NCBI GenBank assembly: GCA_001662655.1
Contig: KV460208.1
Source: Pseudogymnoascus verrucosus
Lineage: Eukaryota
Strand: one strand, 5' to 3'
Length of the DNA: 64,000 bases
The position numbers were made by a program, and so were the translations under genes. Positions 1 through 12,775 of this stretch are shown piece by piece (positions within the stretch are counted from its first letter, which is position 1; every line of letters starts with the position of its first letter). The notes beneath the pieces were generated by a model, which ran no database searches, had not been told where the DNA came from, and was given only the letters and a program-made list of their open reading frames with translations.

Positions 1-2
1 TC

Positions 3-521
3 TCGCGCCTCAAGCCGGAGAATGTTGAGGTACTTTCCTTGACGACGGTTGCGACGCCACATCGCGGGTCTGCCTTTGCGGACTTCATGTTTGAGGAGAT
101 AGGCCCGAAGAACCTACCGACGCTGTACAAGATATTCGAGGGCGTGGGACTAGGAACAGGGGCATTCAGTCAACTAACAAGGAAATTCATGATCGAGGAG
201 TTCAATCCCAAGACGCCTGACAAGCCTGGCGTACAGTACTTCTCCTACGGCGCGGACGTGCACCCTGGTTTCTGGAGCGCGTTTAAGCAACCGCATAAGG
301 TTGTGGAGAAGCTGGAGGGTCCGAATGATGGGCTGGTGAGTGTGGGGAGCAGCAAATGGGGCACGTATAAGGGGACGTTGGTGGATGTCAGCCACTTGGA
401 CCTGATCAATTGGAGCGCCATCAGGGTGTTCATGAGTAAGATCAATGGGGGGAAGAGGAGGTTCAACGCTATTGCGTTCTATCTTGACATTGCTGACATG
501 CTGGCCAAGGAAGGCTTGTGA
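3..521 (+). CDS. Triacylglycerol lipase (Tgl2/lipase 2-like alpha/beta hydrolase), 3' part; 5' end outside window
   Basis: Open frame from base 3: SLTTVATPHRGS motif, GPNDGLVSV (catalytic Asp) and VSHLDLINW (catalytic His). Confidence 0.85.
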   Translation, partial: SRLKPENVEVLSLTTVATPHRGSAFADFMFEEIGPKNLPTLYKIFEGVGLGTGAFSQLTRKFMIEEFNPKTPDKPGVQYFSYGADVHPGFWSAFKQPHKVVEKLEGPNDGLVSVGSSKWGTYKGTLVDVSHLDLINWSAIRVFMSKINGGKRRFNAIAFYLDIADMLAKEGL

Positions 522-1546
522 TGAGCGGCTGTGGTCTGAAACTTTGTCACGTTTTTACGCGTGGCAAGGCAGATTTATTGGGATTTGGGGTGTGAAGCAT
601 CACTTTAGGTTAGAAAGAAGCGGTGCATATCGCCCACTACAGTATGGCGGTATACTGCGGCATCTGGATGAGGGGGAAACACAGAAGCCCAGGCCTCTCT
701 CTCCTGTACAATTAGTTCCATACGCGCTGGTGGTTGAGGCGCAGTTTGGATTAGAAATAGATACCCAGGCACATAAGCCAACCAAGCGCTCCCTTAATCT
801 CCCCCATCACAAAAGCTTGTTGGGAGGCTCGATTTGCATGTTGATACGTATGTTACTCGTCTGGTCTTTCTGACCTTTCTGGCCTTTCTGGTCTTGTGTG
901 CGGCGCTATGCTGTCCCTACTCGTCATCTGTGGCTGAGCAAAACGTTTCAATGTCAGCGACGCGGCATTATGGCTGGCGGCGTTTAGTTATGCCTCAAAA
1001 AGGGTCTAGTGTCTGCCATTAGGTATCCCGGGCTAACGTTAACGCTGAGCCGAGCCACTAGCTGTCGTAACTATACGGTTGAAGCTTCCCTGTCGGTATG
1101 ACGACGGTCGCTCTCGGGGTTCGTATACTGTTTTCGGACCCGGCGGCGGGGAGAAGTGCATTGCATCGAATTATTTTCAGCCCTTCACACAAACAGCAAT
1201 TGTTCCTTTTCGAGCGCTATATCCTCCTCATACTCCTCCTGCGCAAATATTGAGTCTGTCTCATTTGTAAATATTCGCAATTGATTCACTATTCCGAGCC
1301 TCTTATTCAGTACCTCGGTGAGGGCGCATTCGTCGCCGCCAGTAACGTCGAATCCCAACCCAACGAGGTTGACGCCAGAGTCTGGCTATTCAGTAACTGG
1401 GGGATTTTACACCGACAGCAGCTACTACGCTGTAAACCACCTACTTTACCTGTAAGCTAAAGAACAACCCCCTCAAATGCCACCACCACCCGCTGACAAT
1501 GTCTCTAGCACTGAGCGTCGGGTCCTTTCGCCACGGTGCCCCAACC

Positions 1547-3250
1547 ATGTCCGTCCGCGTTCACCTGGACAACCCGCACGCCTTCTACACAAACCTCGAC
1601 TTCATAAGCGGCAAAATCGTGCTGAACCTCCTCACCGATGAGACCATATCCGCCATCGTGGTGAAGCTGGAGGGGGAGAGCAGGACGGTGCTGATGAAGC
1701 CACCACCCATGCCGCATGAGCCAAGGCGGCGCGATGATAGGAGCAGGATAGCCATGGAGAACCACAAGATCTTGTACAGACTGCAGACTGTCTTTCCGAC
1801 TGTGAGCAGCACAACTCCGACTGCCAAGGCGTCGTTCACGCTTGGGGCGGGGCACCACGAGTATCCGTTTAGGTTTAAGATTCCGTACGGACTACCCCTC
1901 CAATGGTTGAAATAACCCACACACTAACGTCTTACGCAGGTTTAATACCATGTGCGGTGACCCGAATATGCAAGCCATCGGCGTTGGGTTGGGTGGCCGC
2001 CTCGGACTCATGGAGATGCCGATGCTCCAGCAACATATCAGAAAACCATTACCCCCTTCCCTAGGCGGTTTCCCAGGTGAAGCAGAGATAAGATACTTCG
2101 TCAAAGTCACAGTCCAGCGGCCGTCGATATGGAAAGAAAACAGGAGAAACGAGATCGGCTTCAAGTTCATGCCCATCGATCGCCCACGCCCCCCTGCCTC
2201 AAATGCAGAAGCGTTTGCACGCCGGCCATACGCTTTCCAAGCTGGCTCGATCTCTTCGAACGGCAAGAAACGAGGGATGTTTTCGCGCCAGCCAACTTCT
2301 TTATCGCCTGTTGCTCCGTCCGTCTTGGTCGACGCGCGACTGCCCAGCCCGTCGATTTTGGTATGCAGGAAACCGATCCCCATGCGCATCATCGTCAAAA
2401 AGCAGAATGAGAGTCCCGAGTACGTGTTTTTAGTCGGGCTGCATGCCGATCTTATCGCCAAGACGGAGGTTAGGGCACAGGATGTGATGCGCGAAGAGCT
2501 GAGCACTTTCCCCATTGTCAACCTCCAGGGCCTCTCTATTCCCATAGGCAATCCCAGTGAACCGGTTGGGACCGAGACGACGCTTGATGATACGCTGTGG
2601 GATCGTGTTCAGCTTCCGCCGACTGTTACGCCTTCGTTTCATATTTGCAATTTGACGCGGAAATATGAGCTTCAAGTACGCGTTGTACTAAGCTACGGAT
2701 ACCCAGGCGAGATTCAGGTACGGACCCCCCCTTTTTCTTCATTCACCCAGTATACCCATTCTGGAGTCATCTGAGATTACCTATGCTAACACCCTCCCAG
2801 CCACAAAAACAAATAATCCCCCTCCGCTTCCCCGTCGAAGTCTACTCCGGCCTCACCCCCTCCCCCGCCCTCCTCAACGCCCTCGCCAACCGCACCTCCA
2901 CCACCACCGCCGCCGCCACCACCACACCCCACGAAGCCCCCGCCATGCCCCCACGCCCCAGCGGCGCCCCAGCCGCCCCGCCCATCGACCCGCTCTACCC
3001 GCCGCAAATGGGCACCGCGAACGCGGACCTGATGGGCGACGCGCCGCCGAGCTATGAGGATGCGATGGCGGATGATATTGGTCCGCTTGATGGACGGAGG
3101 GAGTATAGCGGGGTGGCGAATGAGAATTCGCCTAGTGAGGTGGGGGGGGAGAAGGGGGGGAGAGGGGCGGTGCCGGGGTACTCGGCGCATGACAGCAATG
3201 GGGGAGGGGGAGGTGCGAGTGGAAGCGGGAGTGGGGGGTTTGTTGCTTGA
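1547..3250 (+). CDS. Alpha-arrestin / arrestin-like ubiquitin-ligase adaptor
   Basis: Exons 1547-1884, 1940-2717, 2801-3250 join in frame with GT..CTAAC..CAG introns. Arrestin-N features (ISGKIVLNL, IVVKLEGES, GHHEYPFRFKIP, AEIRYFVKVTV) and a C-terminal PPSY motif. An in-frame ATG at 1499 is an alternative start. Confidence 0.85.
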
Positions 3251-3699
3251 GGGGCTTGGTTGGGTGTTTGACGGATGTAGGAATGTGGAGGGGGGAATTC
3301 GGTTGCATTTGCTCGGTGTTTGGAGATGGGAAGATATCAACTGGGTGGCGGGCGTTTTTTGTGGGTTTTTTATATGTCTACCCCGATTTAACATCTGAGT
3401 GGGCGGCTAGGTAGACTGGGGTGGGTGGGGGGGGGGGGTTGGCCTGGATGTGCCGGATAGATAATAATTAGATATTATACATCATTGTTTCAACGGTCGA
3501 AATTCGTTGCTGACATTTTACCATGATATGCAAGGAGGCACGTTTGTTTTACAGCCCCATTTTACGCAAGTCTATGCATATTGCCTTCTACATTCTATCT
3601 ATACAGTGGGAGCTTCCTAGTTTTTATAGACCTTTACTTCTTAGGCTACATTAAGCCTGTGTTGATTAATGCATTACAAATACATTTAGCATACGTTAG

Positions 3700-3950
3700 T
3701 TTTGGCGCAGATTTCAAGCCTCATAGCCTCTTTTGCGCAAATCTACGATGTTGTCCGAACCCTGTCTGAACTGCTTTCGGCGCAGTTCCTAGATTTTATA
3801 GATTCCTTTGTGCATACTGTCCGAACCCTGCATGAACTGCTTTTGGCCCAGTTCCTAGGTTTGATAGACCCCTCTGCTCATGTTGTCTGAACCCTGTCTG
3901 AACTGCTTTTGGCGCAGATCCCAAGTTTTGTAGCCTAATTTGCGCACATA
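3700..3950. repeat. Degenerate 66-bp tandem repeat, about 3.5 copies
   Basis: TGTCYGAACCCTGNNTGAACTGCTTTYGGCSCAG recurs near 3753, 3818 and 3884. Confidence 0.8.
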
Positions 3951-4237
3951 TTCGATGTGGACGGTATGGATAGACCAGCAATAGACGATAATATGAAGGC
4001 AAGAGGTAATTATCTCATTATTACTATGGGAAATGCCATGCTCCATAGCTGGCTCTCTTCCTCACATTAACTCAACAGCGGCAAGCCCAATATGATCAGA
4101 TGCCATCCCGCTCACAATACCACCAATGCACCACCCAAGCTGCCCCATAACTCCCAAAATACCCAAACAAGCCTCTCCAAACCCATCCCATACACCACCC
4201 ATATCCCATATTCACAATCCTACTATACACACCTCCA

Positions 4238-7200
4238 CTAAACCCCCATAGTCGCCCTCCTCCTCCTCTGACTCCTCGTCCGCGTCTGCGACCCCGACCC
4301 TGATCCCTGGGACGTCGACGCACTCCCCCCCGTCCGGCGCCTCATCTTGCGCTTCCGCACCCACCCCGGCCCGCGCGGCATAGTGGGGTCATACTCATCA
4401 TCGTCGTCGTCGTCGTCGTCGTCGTCGTTGTTGTTCTTTGCATTTGCGTCAAAGTCATTATCACTCGAGAGAGTAAGATCGACCTGCTGCGAGCCGGAGG
4501 GAATGACGAAGGGACTGCTATTGGAGGGAAGTCTCTGCCTTGGTAGAGCGGGGCTTTGGGGCGGACTCCTTGTCGTCGTTGTAGTGTCTTTGGATGGGTT
4601 CGATCGTTGATGTACGTCCTCGACGAGCTGTGACACAAACAGATCTTCTGATCGCGTTCGGGGTGTCATGTCGCCGGAATTCTGGTCCGGGTCGGCTCGT
4701 GCGTCTAACTCGGCATCGAGCTTCGCCATTGCTTCTTCGTATGATTTGTTGGCGCCTAGAGAGGTGGAGGGTGGGGCTATAATGAGTTCTAGATTGTCTT
4801 GTTTAGCAGCAAAAGAGCTGCGTGCAGTGGAGAACATCTCGTCGAGACTGGGAAAGTCCAGCACAGAGGATTCGCGTTCGGACGGTGGGGCCTCGAGTGC
4901 GGCTGCTGCGTGGTTCGGCTGGATAGACGGAAGTTGAGGCTCTTCTGCTAGAGTTTCCGTGTGAGCAGAATTTAGGGAAAAGCCGTCCTGGCTGAGCGGA
5001 AAGGAATTGGAGTCGCCAAAGCGGTCTAGAGTTGATTCACCAGGCGTGGGAAAATCAGGTTGTCGTTGGCCGTGGTCTGAGGTTTGGCTGGCTAGCGATG
5101 AGGGAACCAAGATTTTGGGATAGAAATTAGATTGCGTGGGCGTGGAATTGTTCTCGTCTTCAATGTGGGATAGTTGCGATGAGTCTTCTAGGGTTGCAGC
5201 TTTGTTCAAAGATACATTCATAGATAGGGCAAGGCGCTTGAGCTCGGCGTTATCATTTGGGGTATCGGGAAGTTGAGGCCTGTTCTTGAGGACCGAAGAC
5301 GGAATATCTGATCGAAATCCAGCTTCCCTCATAAGAACAGATAACTCCTCTCTCGACTCCTCAGTGATCGACACATCAACCATCTCATCATCCACCTGCG
5401 CCGAATGCCGGATAGCTGGAAGTTGCTCCGACGGAAGGCGTGGCGGGGAGTCGTCCTCAGTTTGTACCTGGTGTATATCCTGCACAGAAATCCTATCCTC
5501 ATCAGCAACTTGCGGGTTTTCAATGGATTCGTTCGGTGCATCATGTTGTTCATGGACCAGGGTGATAGACTCGTCGGTGCTGGTAGTTACCTTATCAGAT
5601 ACCGCCTCTAGAAGGCCATCTATCTTCAGATTCTCGGGCTCCGCCTGCAGCAGTTTTGGTTCCATGAGCTCGGCGAATCCTAGTGCTCTGAAGCCATCAT
5701 CCAGGTCTTCCTCCTCCTCTTCATCCTCTACGGGCATGTCGAATTTGCCGTAGATTCTCTCACCAGTTTCTTGGTTGTAGTATCGTTCTGGGTATTCGCG
5801 GTCTCGAATTGCTAGCGTCAGTTCGACCTCGTTCTTGTCGGAAACGATATTGACAACTGCAGTTCGGTATTCCGAAATAACCGGCTGCCAGCTTGTCGCC
5901 TCAGACATGATAAGCTGCTTGAATGCAACTACCATCCCCGGCTTCATATCCTTTGGTGTGATATCTGTAAGGCTCGAAGTATCGGCAGGAAGGGCTGGTA
6001 AGTCATTTTCGTCAGTTGGCTCGCCATCAACTCCCTGCGAATCCTCCATAACCTGATCATTGGTTTGGTCGTCTACACCATCGTATTGATCAAAGTCGCC
6101 AGTGTTCTGTCCCTCTTCCGAATATTCGGTATAATCATCATAGCCGTTGTTGTCATGATTCCGCTTCTGCTTCTTCGCCGAGGCTTGCTCCTCTTCATAA
6201 TACTCCACTTGATTCCTCTGGTTTCTCTTACCCTTACCGCCGCGCTTGCCTTTCCGATAGACATGCTGCTGCTGAGGATCCCAGCGTTGCACGAAAGGGA
6301 ATGGCGGTTCGCTCAATTCAATGCCTTCTTGGCAGCATTCGACGGCTCTGAGGGTTATTTTCTCTCTCCAGGTGTCGTCGTCCATATCTTCTTCATCTTC
6401 TGCTGCTACCGGCACTTCAGGTTCGCGCTCCTTGACCTTCCTGACATCTTTCATAAGCTTATTGCGGATGTTCTCTTCGTCAGCTTTTGTCTTGGGGTTC
6501 TTGATGCCCAAAGCGCCAAAAAGTAGCCTTCGACCAGCGTCCACATCGACCTTGGACTTCTTTTTCGTAGAAGCTGACGAAGTAAGCTCCTTCTCTGTCG
6601 ATGCGGGCACAGGTGTTGACTGATCGGCCAAATGGCTAGACGAAGTCCCATTGGGTGTCTTGGCCGCTGCCTTTCCATTCGACAAAGTGGCCCCAACATC
6701 AACTCCACCAGCAGATAGAGAAGCGAGTAATTCCTGCCTCCTCGCTTCAAACTCTGCCTCTTTGTTGGCCTTCTTTGAAGACGTCCCCTTGGACGTACGT
6801 AGACCCATTGCCTCCTCCTCCTCAATCTGAGCTCTAGCAATGGCCAATGCCTCAGCAGCGGCTTCAGGGGTCGTGTTGCTGTCAATATTCAGCTTCCCGA
6901 ATTCGGCAAGGGTCACGCCGGCGGGTAGGATGCCTTTCTCCTTGAAGCGTTGTAGGATGTTTCCTGATCGCCGGCGCTGATTCCGGGCTTTTGTAGAGTT
7001 TCGCCCTTCGCCTGGGGGAACAGTTTTAGGGGTATCCTTTTGAGTAGAGCTTGCCGCAAGTTTGGATGTAGTTGGCGCTTTGGGCTCTGCTGGTGCTTTG
7101 CTCGATGCTACTTCTGGTTCTGAATCTGAATCTGAATCGGAGCCCGAATCTGAATCAGAGTCAGAGCTGGAGTCAGATTCGGAATCAGAGCTGCTTTCAA

Positions 7201-8780
7201 ACTCAGATTCGGAGCTGCTGCTGTCATCGCTACCGGATGAGGAAGTTAGGTCATCAGCGACTTCGGTTGTCGGCACTGCAGGCGCAGCTGAGATTTCCAT
7301 TTCATCGTCACTGTCGCTGGAGTCGGAGCTTGAACCGGAGTCACTCTCACTCTGGCCTGGAACATCGAAATCCTCGTCATCCTCATCATCGCTATCGTCA
7401 TCAAGTGCAATGGCATCCGGGTCATGAACAACAACCGTGTCTTCCACAAACCTGACGCTCTTACTGCTGCTGGGAGAATCAGATCTTCTCAGCACTGAAT
7501 GGCGGCTTGGTGGGAGTGGGATATTAGTAGCTCGGGCTAAGGTGCTTTTGGCAATGTCAGAAAGACCTTTGCCAATATTGATTGATCCTGGAGGCAGGCC
7601 GTGGCTGTCGTAATAGCCTGCCATGCCACCATCATCCTCCTCATCGGAACCCGCCTCATCCTCCTCTTCCTCGTCTGCATCGTCGACTTGATCCTGATCT
7701 TCGGCAACCAAGTCCTCTTCTTGCTCCACAACCTTAACAGACCTTGTCTGAACTCGTGAAGATCTAGGTGCCTTCGCGGTTTTACTCGGCGACCACATCA
7801 TGGAACGAACGGCAGTCTTCGACCTCCCAGGCTTAAATCCCTTCGACAGAGTATCGTAAGCTGCGCCAACATCCATATCGCAATTCTGCATCACCTGCTC
7901 GCAAATAGACGGAGGGGCGTCCGGAAACGCTTCTTGCAGCTGTATGATGTTATGCGACTTGGGGTCAAGCTTGTCACCCGTCTGGACCCCGTCCATTTTA
8001 GACCCATGTTTTATATTTTCCTTATCCGAAGCTCCATCATCGTCGGACTCAGCATTGAGAGCCTCGAGCTCCCCCTCCAGTTCACCTTCGTCCACGGATA
8101 AATCCTCATCCATATCCTCATCTGCAGATTCGAAATTGCCATCATCTTCGGATTCATCCTCGTCGTCGTTGTCGAAATCAGCTCGGACAACAAGCTGCTG
8201 GTTTCCACCATCGTCGGTTTCTTGCGGCACTCCTTCGATCCGGAGAAAGCTCTCGTCTGAGTCCTCATCCTCCAGATCATCTTCGACTGTCTCTGTGTAT
8301 GTAACCCTCCGCCTCTTCCTTGGGTTGATCGTGACAGCAGGCCTACTCTCAATCATTCTTCTCCTCGGCCTCCCAAATACCGCCCCGTCAAACAGGTGTA
8401 TGCCATCCGAAGTAATTTGATACCTTCCCGAAGCCCGCCTCTGCTTAATATCATCACTGAGAAGTGGCCGTATACTAAGATGGAAGGTCAGCAATGTTAT
8501 TCCCCCAGGCGCATCTAGAATAGAAAACCCACATAACCTCATCATCCTCATGCAAAATGCTCTTCACATCCTGAAAATGCAAACACTCATAATTCGTCTC
8601 CTTCCCCCTCACCTCAACCGCATAATCCTCCAACCCCCACTCCCCCTCCGACTCAAGAGGCACGACCTCATTCACCTGCTCCAGCAGCTGCGAGACGATC
8701 ACCCTAGCCTCGTCATTCACCGGCCACACGATCGCCGCATCTGGCAGATCATGCCGCTTCACTACTAGTCGGAGCCGCAT
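4238..8780 (-). CDS. Large acidic, Ser-rich nuclear protein, coilin/Mug174-like (N-terminal MRLRL domain, CUE-like segment, coilin-type Tudor-like domain)
   Basis: Exon 1 8780-8533, intron 8532-8475 (GTGGGT..GCTGAC..TAG), exon 2 8474-4238; junction reads EVIIRPLL. The gene is well supported; the coilin-like label rests on motif recall. Confidence 0.75.
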
Positions 8781-9119
8781 CGTTGGTGCGGGGTTGCGTT
8801 GTTGCAGAGAAATTTGTTCTCTCAGACAGAGGGCAACCTTGGGGCTGGCTTCCTCGAGAACTTTTGGAAGGCAAAATCTGGGGAAGGTGGATGCGACGTG
8901 ACGCGCCTTTCGCGAATTTTAGCGTTATCAAACGGTATTTTAGCTGCGATAAGCAGGGGTTGCTACGCTGCAGGATGGTCCCTGGAGAATGCCGTCTAGC
9001 ACCCAGCACAGTAAAAAGTTTCAAGACACCAGTTTTACGACAGGAGGGTGCTATTGGCTTTTAAAGCTGCCATGCAAAAATATAATTCTATGATCATAAA
9101 GCTTTTCATTATTAACTCC

Positions 9120-10085
9120 TCAATACTCTTTCTTGCCACGCTTCCTACTGCCCTCTTCTTCATTGTGCTCAGCTGGTACACCCAAGCTCGTTGCGCCCAG
9201 AGCCCTCGATCCACCCAACCTTCTCCCAATCATGCTCTTATCAGTACTCCTCGACGCATTCTCCTCCTCCAAGAGCTCATTCTCCTCCTTATCCTCCAGC
9301 ATCGTCCCCTCTATGCTGAGGAACCCCCTCTCCCTATCGTGAGACGACTCGATATCCTTAACCCGGAACTTGACAATCCCCTCAATCTTCGTCCCCGCCC
9401 CATCGACATAATACCCAACACCATCCTCCGCATATCCCTCCCCCTCCAAGTCCTCAGCCCCAACCCACTTCCACTCCTTCGGCAGTCTCTGCCGCTCAAT
9501 ACTAGCATTGAAGAGATTCCAGCACACAATCCCAAGGTGTCCCTCATTCTGCAGATTCACATACCCCTCCAACCACCCTCCCCTCGTCGGCTTAAACAGC
9601 ATAAACTCCGCCGTAACCCACGTCCAGCTAACAGCATACTCATCCGTGCTCTTCATCATGACCTGCGCCCCGCCATCCTGGAACGGCGCTTCCGCGAGCC
9701 GGGGATTGCTGTACGACAACACGACGCCGTGGAAGGGCGGGTAGTACGTGAGTATTAATGGCGACAGGTGCTCGGCGCAGATGCCCTCGATCGGCGTCCT
9801 CTGGGAGATCGGGGCCAATGGCAGGTATAAGGACGAAGTTTGGACATGGAATGGCGACTCGTTGGTTGAGTCTGGGTTTTGCGCCGCCTGGACTGGTGCA
9901 GCAGCAGTTGTTTCCTCCTCGATTATCTCCTCGACATCTCCGGACTTGTCGTGCCTATGCTTCTTCGACTTGTGCTTAGTCCCATCCTCCTCCTGCGTAC
10001 GCTTCCGCTTCTTCTCCTTGCCGTCCTTGCTCTTGTGCTTCCTGTCCGACTTGTCCTTCGCCGGTGATGATATTAGAGACGGCAT
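9120..10085 (-). CDS. RPA43: RNA polymerase I subunit A43
   Basis: SLYLPLAP, HLSPLILTYYPPFHGVVLSYSN, WTWVTAEFMLFKP, LEGYVNLQNEGHLGIVCWNLFNASI and SIEGTM are Rpa43/Rpb7-like motifs. Start set at ATG 10085. Confidence 0.92.
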   Translation of the reverse strand: MPSLISSPAKDKSDRKHKSKDGKEKKRKRTQEEDGTKHKSKKHRHDKSGDVEEIIEEETTAAAPVQAAQNPDSTNESPFHVQTSSLYLPLAPISQRTPIEGICAEHLSPLILTYYPPFHGVVLSYSNPRLAEAPFQDGGAQVMMKSTDEYAVSWTWVTAEFMLFKPTRGGWLEGYVNLQNEGHLGIVCWNLFNASIERQRLPKEWKWVGAEDLEGEGYAEDGVGYYVDGAGTKIEGIVKFRVKDIESSHDRERGFLSIEGTMLEDKEENELLEEENASRSTDKSMIGRRLGGSRALGATSLGVPAEHNEEEGSRKRGKKEY

Positions 10086-10419
10086 TGTGGTGGTTGTTGT
10101 GTTTGGGTTCTTGGAATTTCCCAAGTCTCCAATCTTTGCTATCTTTATCGCAGGTCCTAAAAATTGCAGATGCCAAAAATTGTTGCGGCCGCTAGCGTGG
10201 TTGCCAAGGATAATTAAGGCATGGCCCCGGGTACCGAAGTTGACACGGTGGATCCGAACAAAAGACACCGACGTCCGTGAGACTCGAGGCGCTTACTTTA
10301 TTATAAAGAAGGAATATCACCAAGAGGACACGAGTAACGTTTCCTCAACAAAGTTTCCTCACAACCAGCCTCAAATACTTTCGATTTGACGGCCCCATGG
10401 TTCCACGACGATAATACAA

Positions 10420-11554
10420 ATGTCCTCTCAACTCCTGTCCCTCGCGGGATGGGCATTCCTACCAAATGTATAACATATCCCCCATCTCTATCCAAATCAA
10501 CCTCATTCTAACAAACCCCCCTTCCCAGCTCGCCACCAACGCCCTCCAATCCGTCTGGTACGGCATCACCATCCGCGCCGGCGACCCCAAACCCCAACCT
10601 TCCACCCCCCTCCACAACACCCACCGCCGCCGCATCCACATCGCCGTCATAACCACCTACCTCCTCTACACCATCTACGAAGCGCACCACACCATCCGCC
10701 AATCCTCCGACTACTACCAAGACCTAGGTCTCCCCCACTCCGCCTCAGATCGCGAGATCAAATCCCGTTTCCGCCGCCTCGCCGCCCTCTACCACCCCGA
10801 CAAAGTCGCCGAGACAGCCACATCCACTGACTTCTTCCGCCACCTCAAGACCGCCCAGGACACCCTCCTCAACCCCGCCGCGCGCTTCGCATATGACCGC
10901 TTCGGGCCCGACATCGTAGGCTGGGCGAACAAGTCGTCCATCCGCGATTACCTCACCGTCGGCGCCGTCGGGATCATGCAATACTACGGCATCGGCGCGG
11001 TGATGATGTACGTCCTCGGCCTGACGGGCCACCTCCAATTCGGAGTCTACTGGCGCTGGTTTGGCCTTCTCAGCCTCGCTGTGTTAGAAGCGCATATCGC
11101 CTCCCGCCCATACGCACCGCGCTTCGCCTCGCACCTCCTCAACCCCCTCCTCACGAACGTGGGGGGCCAACCACCATACTTGCCTTTCCAACTCATCGCC
11201 ATCCTGCGCAAATGCGCATTAACCCTCTTCATCGCGCTCTCGCAACTCGGCCCCCTCCTATCCTCGCCGCAAGCAGCAGCGAAATCGGGGACGGAGGAAG
11301 AGCGGCTGACCAGGCAGGTGGAGCGGATTGCCGCGCTGGCGGGAGCGGCGGACGCAGAGGCGTCGAGGTTGGTGGCTATGGAGATGGCGCCGTTTGTGGG
11401 GGATGAGGGGGCGGTGAGGGAGGTGCAGAGGAGGACGAGCGAGTGGTTGGTTAGTAATACTATTAGGTCTGATCCGGAGGTGAGGGATGCGTTGGGGAAT
11501 GTGTTGAAGAGGAGGCGGGTGGATGCGCCGGCGGGGGCGAGGGGCAATAGATAG
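10420..11554 (+). CDS. Membrane-associated DnaJ-domain protein
   Basis: Exon 1 10420-10467 (MSSQLLSLAGWAFLPN), intron 10468-10528, exon 2 10529-11554. J-domain DYYQDLG..IKSRFRRLAALYHPDK..RFAYDRFG plus hydrophobic segments. Confidence 0.88.
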
Positions 11555-12005
11555 AGGTTGGGTGATAAGGGGTGGGATGAGAAGGGGTGTGTATACCACT
11601 TGTTATGAAGGGAGGGTTTTAGAGTTCCTGAGCTACGGCCAACTAATGAAATAGAATTCCACCGGCGTGAATGGGGTTGCGTGAGGTTGTTCAGTCGAAA
11701 TGAGAATGCTCACACCTACTATTACCCTTCCAGCGCTCCTTCCTTCCTTCTCTTCTCTTTCTCTCCTTCCTTCCTTCCTTAACTTCAAAATCATCATCCG
11801 CGCCTTCCATAACTTCAGATATCCAAACGCACCTTCCACCATAACAGATATCAACTGCACCTTCCATAACTTCAGACATAATCCGCACCTTCCACGCTAC
11901 AGCCACCAACCGCACCTTCCATCATAACAGCAGCTCATCCGCACCTCCCACCACACCAATCACCCAAACCCAAACCCGCAACCCACCAAACCCCCCACCG
12001 CAACA

Positions 12006-12404
12006 ATGCCCGCCCAAACACTCACCACCAAAACCCACACCTCCGTCACCATCACCGGCCCCATCGTCACTAACCCCCTCTCCACCAACACCAACTCCAA
12101 GGGCACCCACAAGAAGAAACCCATCGCCAAATCCCAAGGCCGAGTCGTCAGGTAGCGACAGGCTGCTATAGAGGCGCTGGAGATGCGTGCCTACCTTGCT
12201 CGGGTCCGACGACAGTCTGTAACCGAGGGGATGACTGGGAAATGTGAGTGTGTGTGTGAGTGTGGTATCGGTGATAAAAATGCCAGAGAAGAGAGAAGGA
12301 GAGAAAGGAGAAGAGGGAGAGGGAGAAGAGGGAGAGGGAGAAGAGGGAAGCCAGAAAGAGAAGAGCGGATAGGGATGGGAGGAAGAAAAGGTTTGAGGAT
12401 TTGA
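12006..12404 (+). pseudogene. Small basic ORF interrupted by one in-frame TAG
   Basis: ATG 12006 (gcaacaATG), 49 codons, TAG at 12153-12155, then the same frame continues RQAAIEALEMRAYLARVRR to TGA 12404. Confidence 0.35.
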
Positions 12405-12479
12405 AGGGGGGAAAGAATGGGGGGAAGGGGGATTGGAGAGTGCAGGAGGTGGAGAGGATTTTTGAGGGGTTGGTTGTTT

Positions 12480-12775
12480 GAATACTTGCGTTGCTGGTTG
12501 ATGTGTTCTTGCTTTGCTTGTTCAGGTGTTGGTATTGGATCCCTATGTTGCTGGTCGACGTGGGTTCCTGTTTTTGCCTGTCGAGATGGGTTATTGTTTT
12601 GGTGGTTGGCGGTGGTTCTTGCTTTGCTTGTTAATGTTTTAGATCCTGGTGTCACTGGTTGATGTGGATTCTTGCTTTGGTAGTTGATGTTTTGGTAATT
12701 GGATCCTTGCGTTGCTGGTTGACGCAGGTTCTTGCTTTTCGAGTTAACATGTTGGTAATTGGATCTGGAGAGGTT
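12480..12775. repeat. Degenerate tandem repeat, about 55-60 bp, about 5 copies
   Basis: Core resembling GCTGGTTGAYGYRGGTTCTTGCTTT recurs near 12493, 12550, 12603, 12654 and 12714. Confidence 0.6.
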
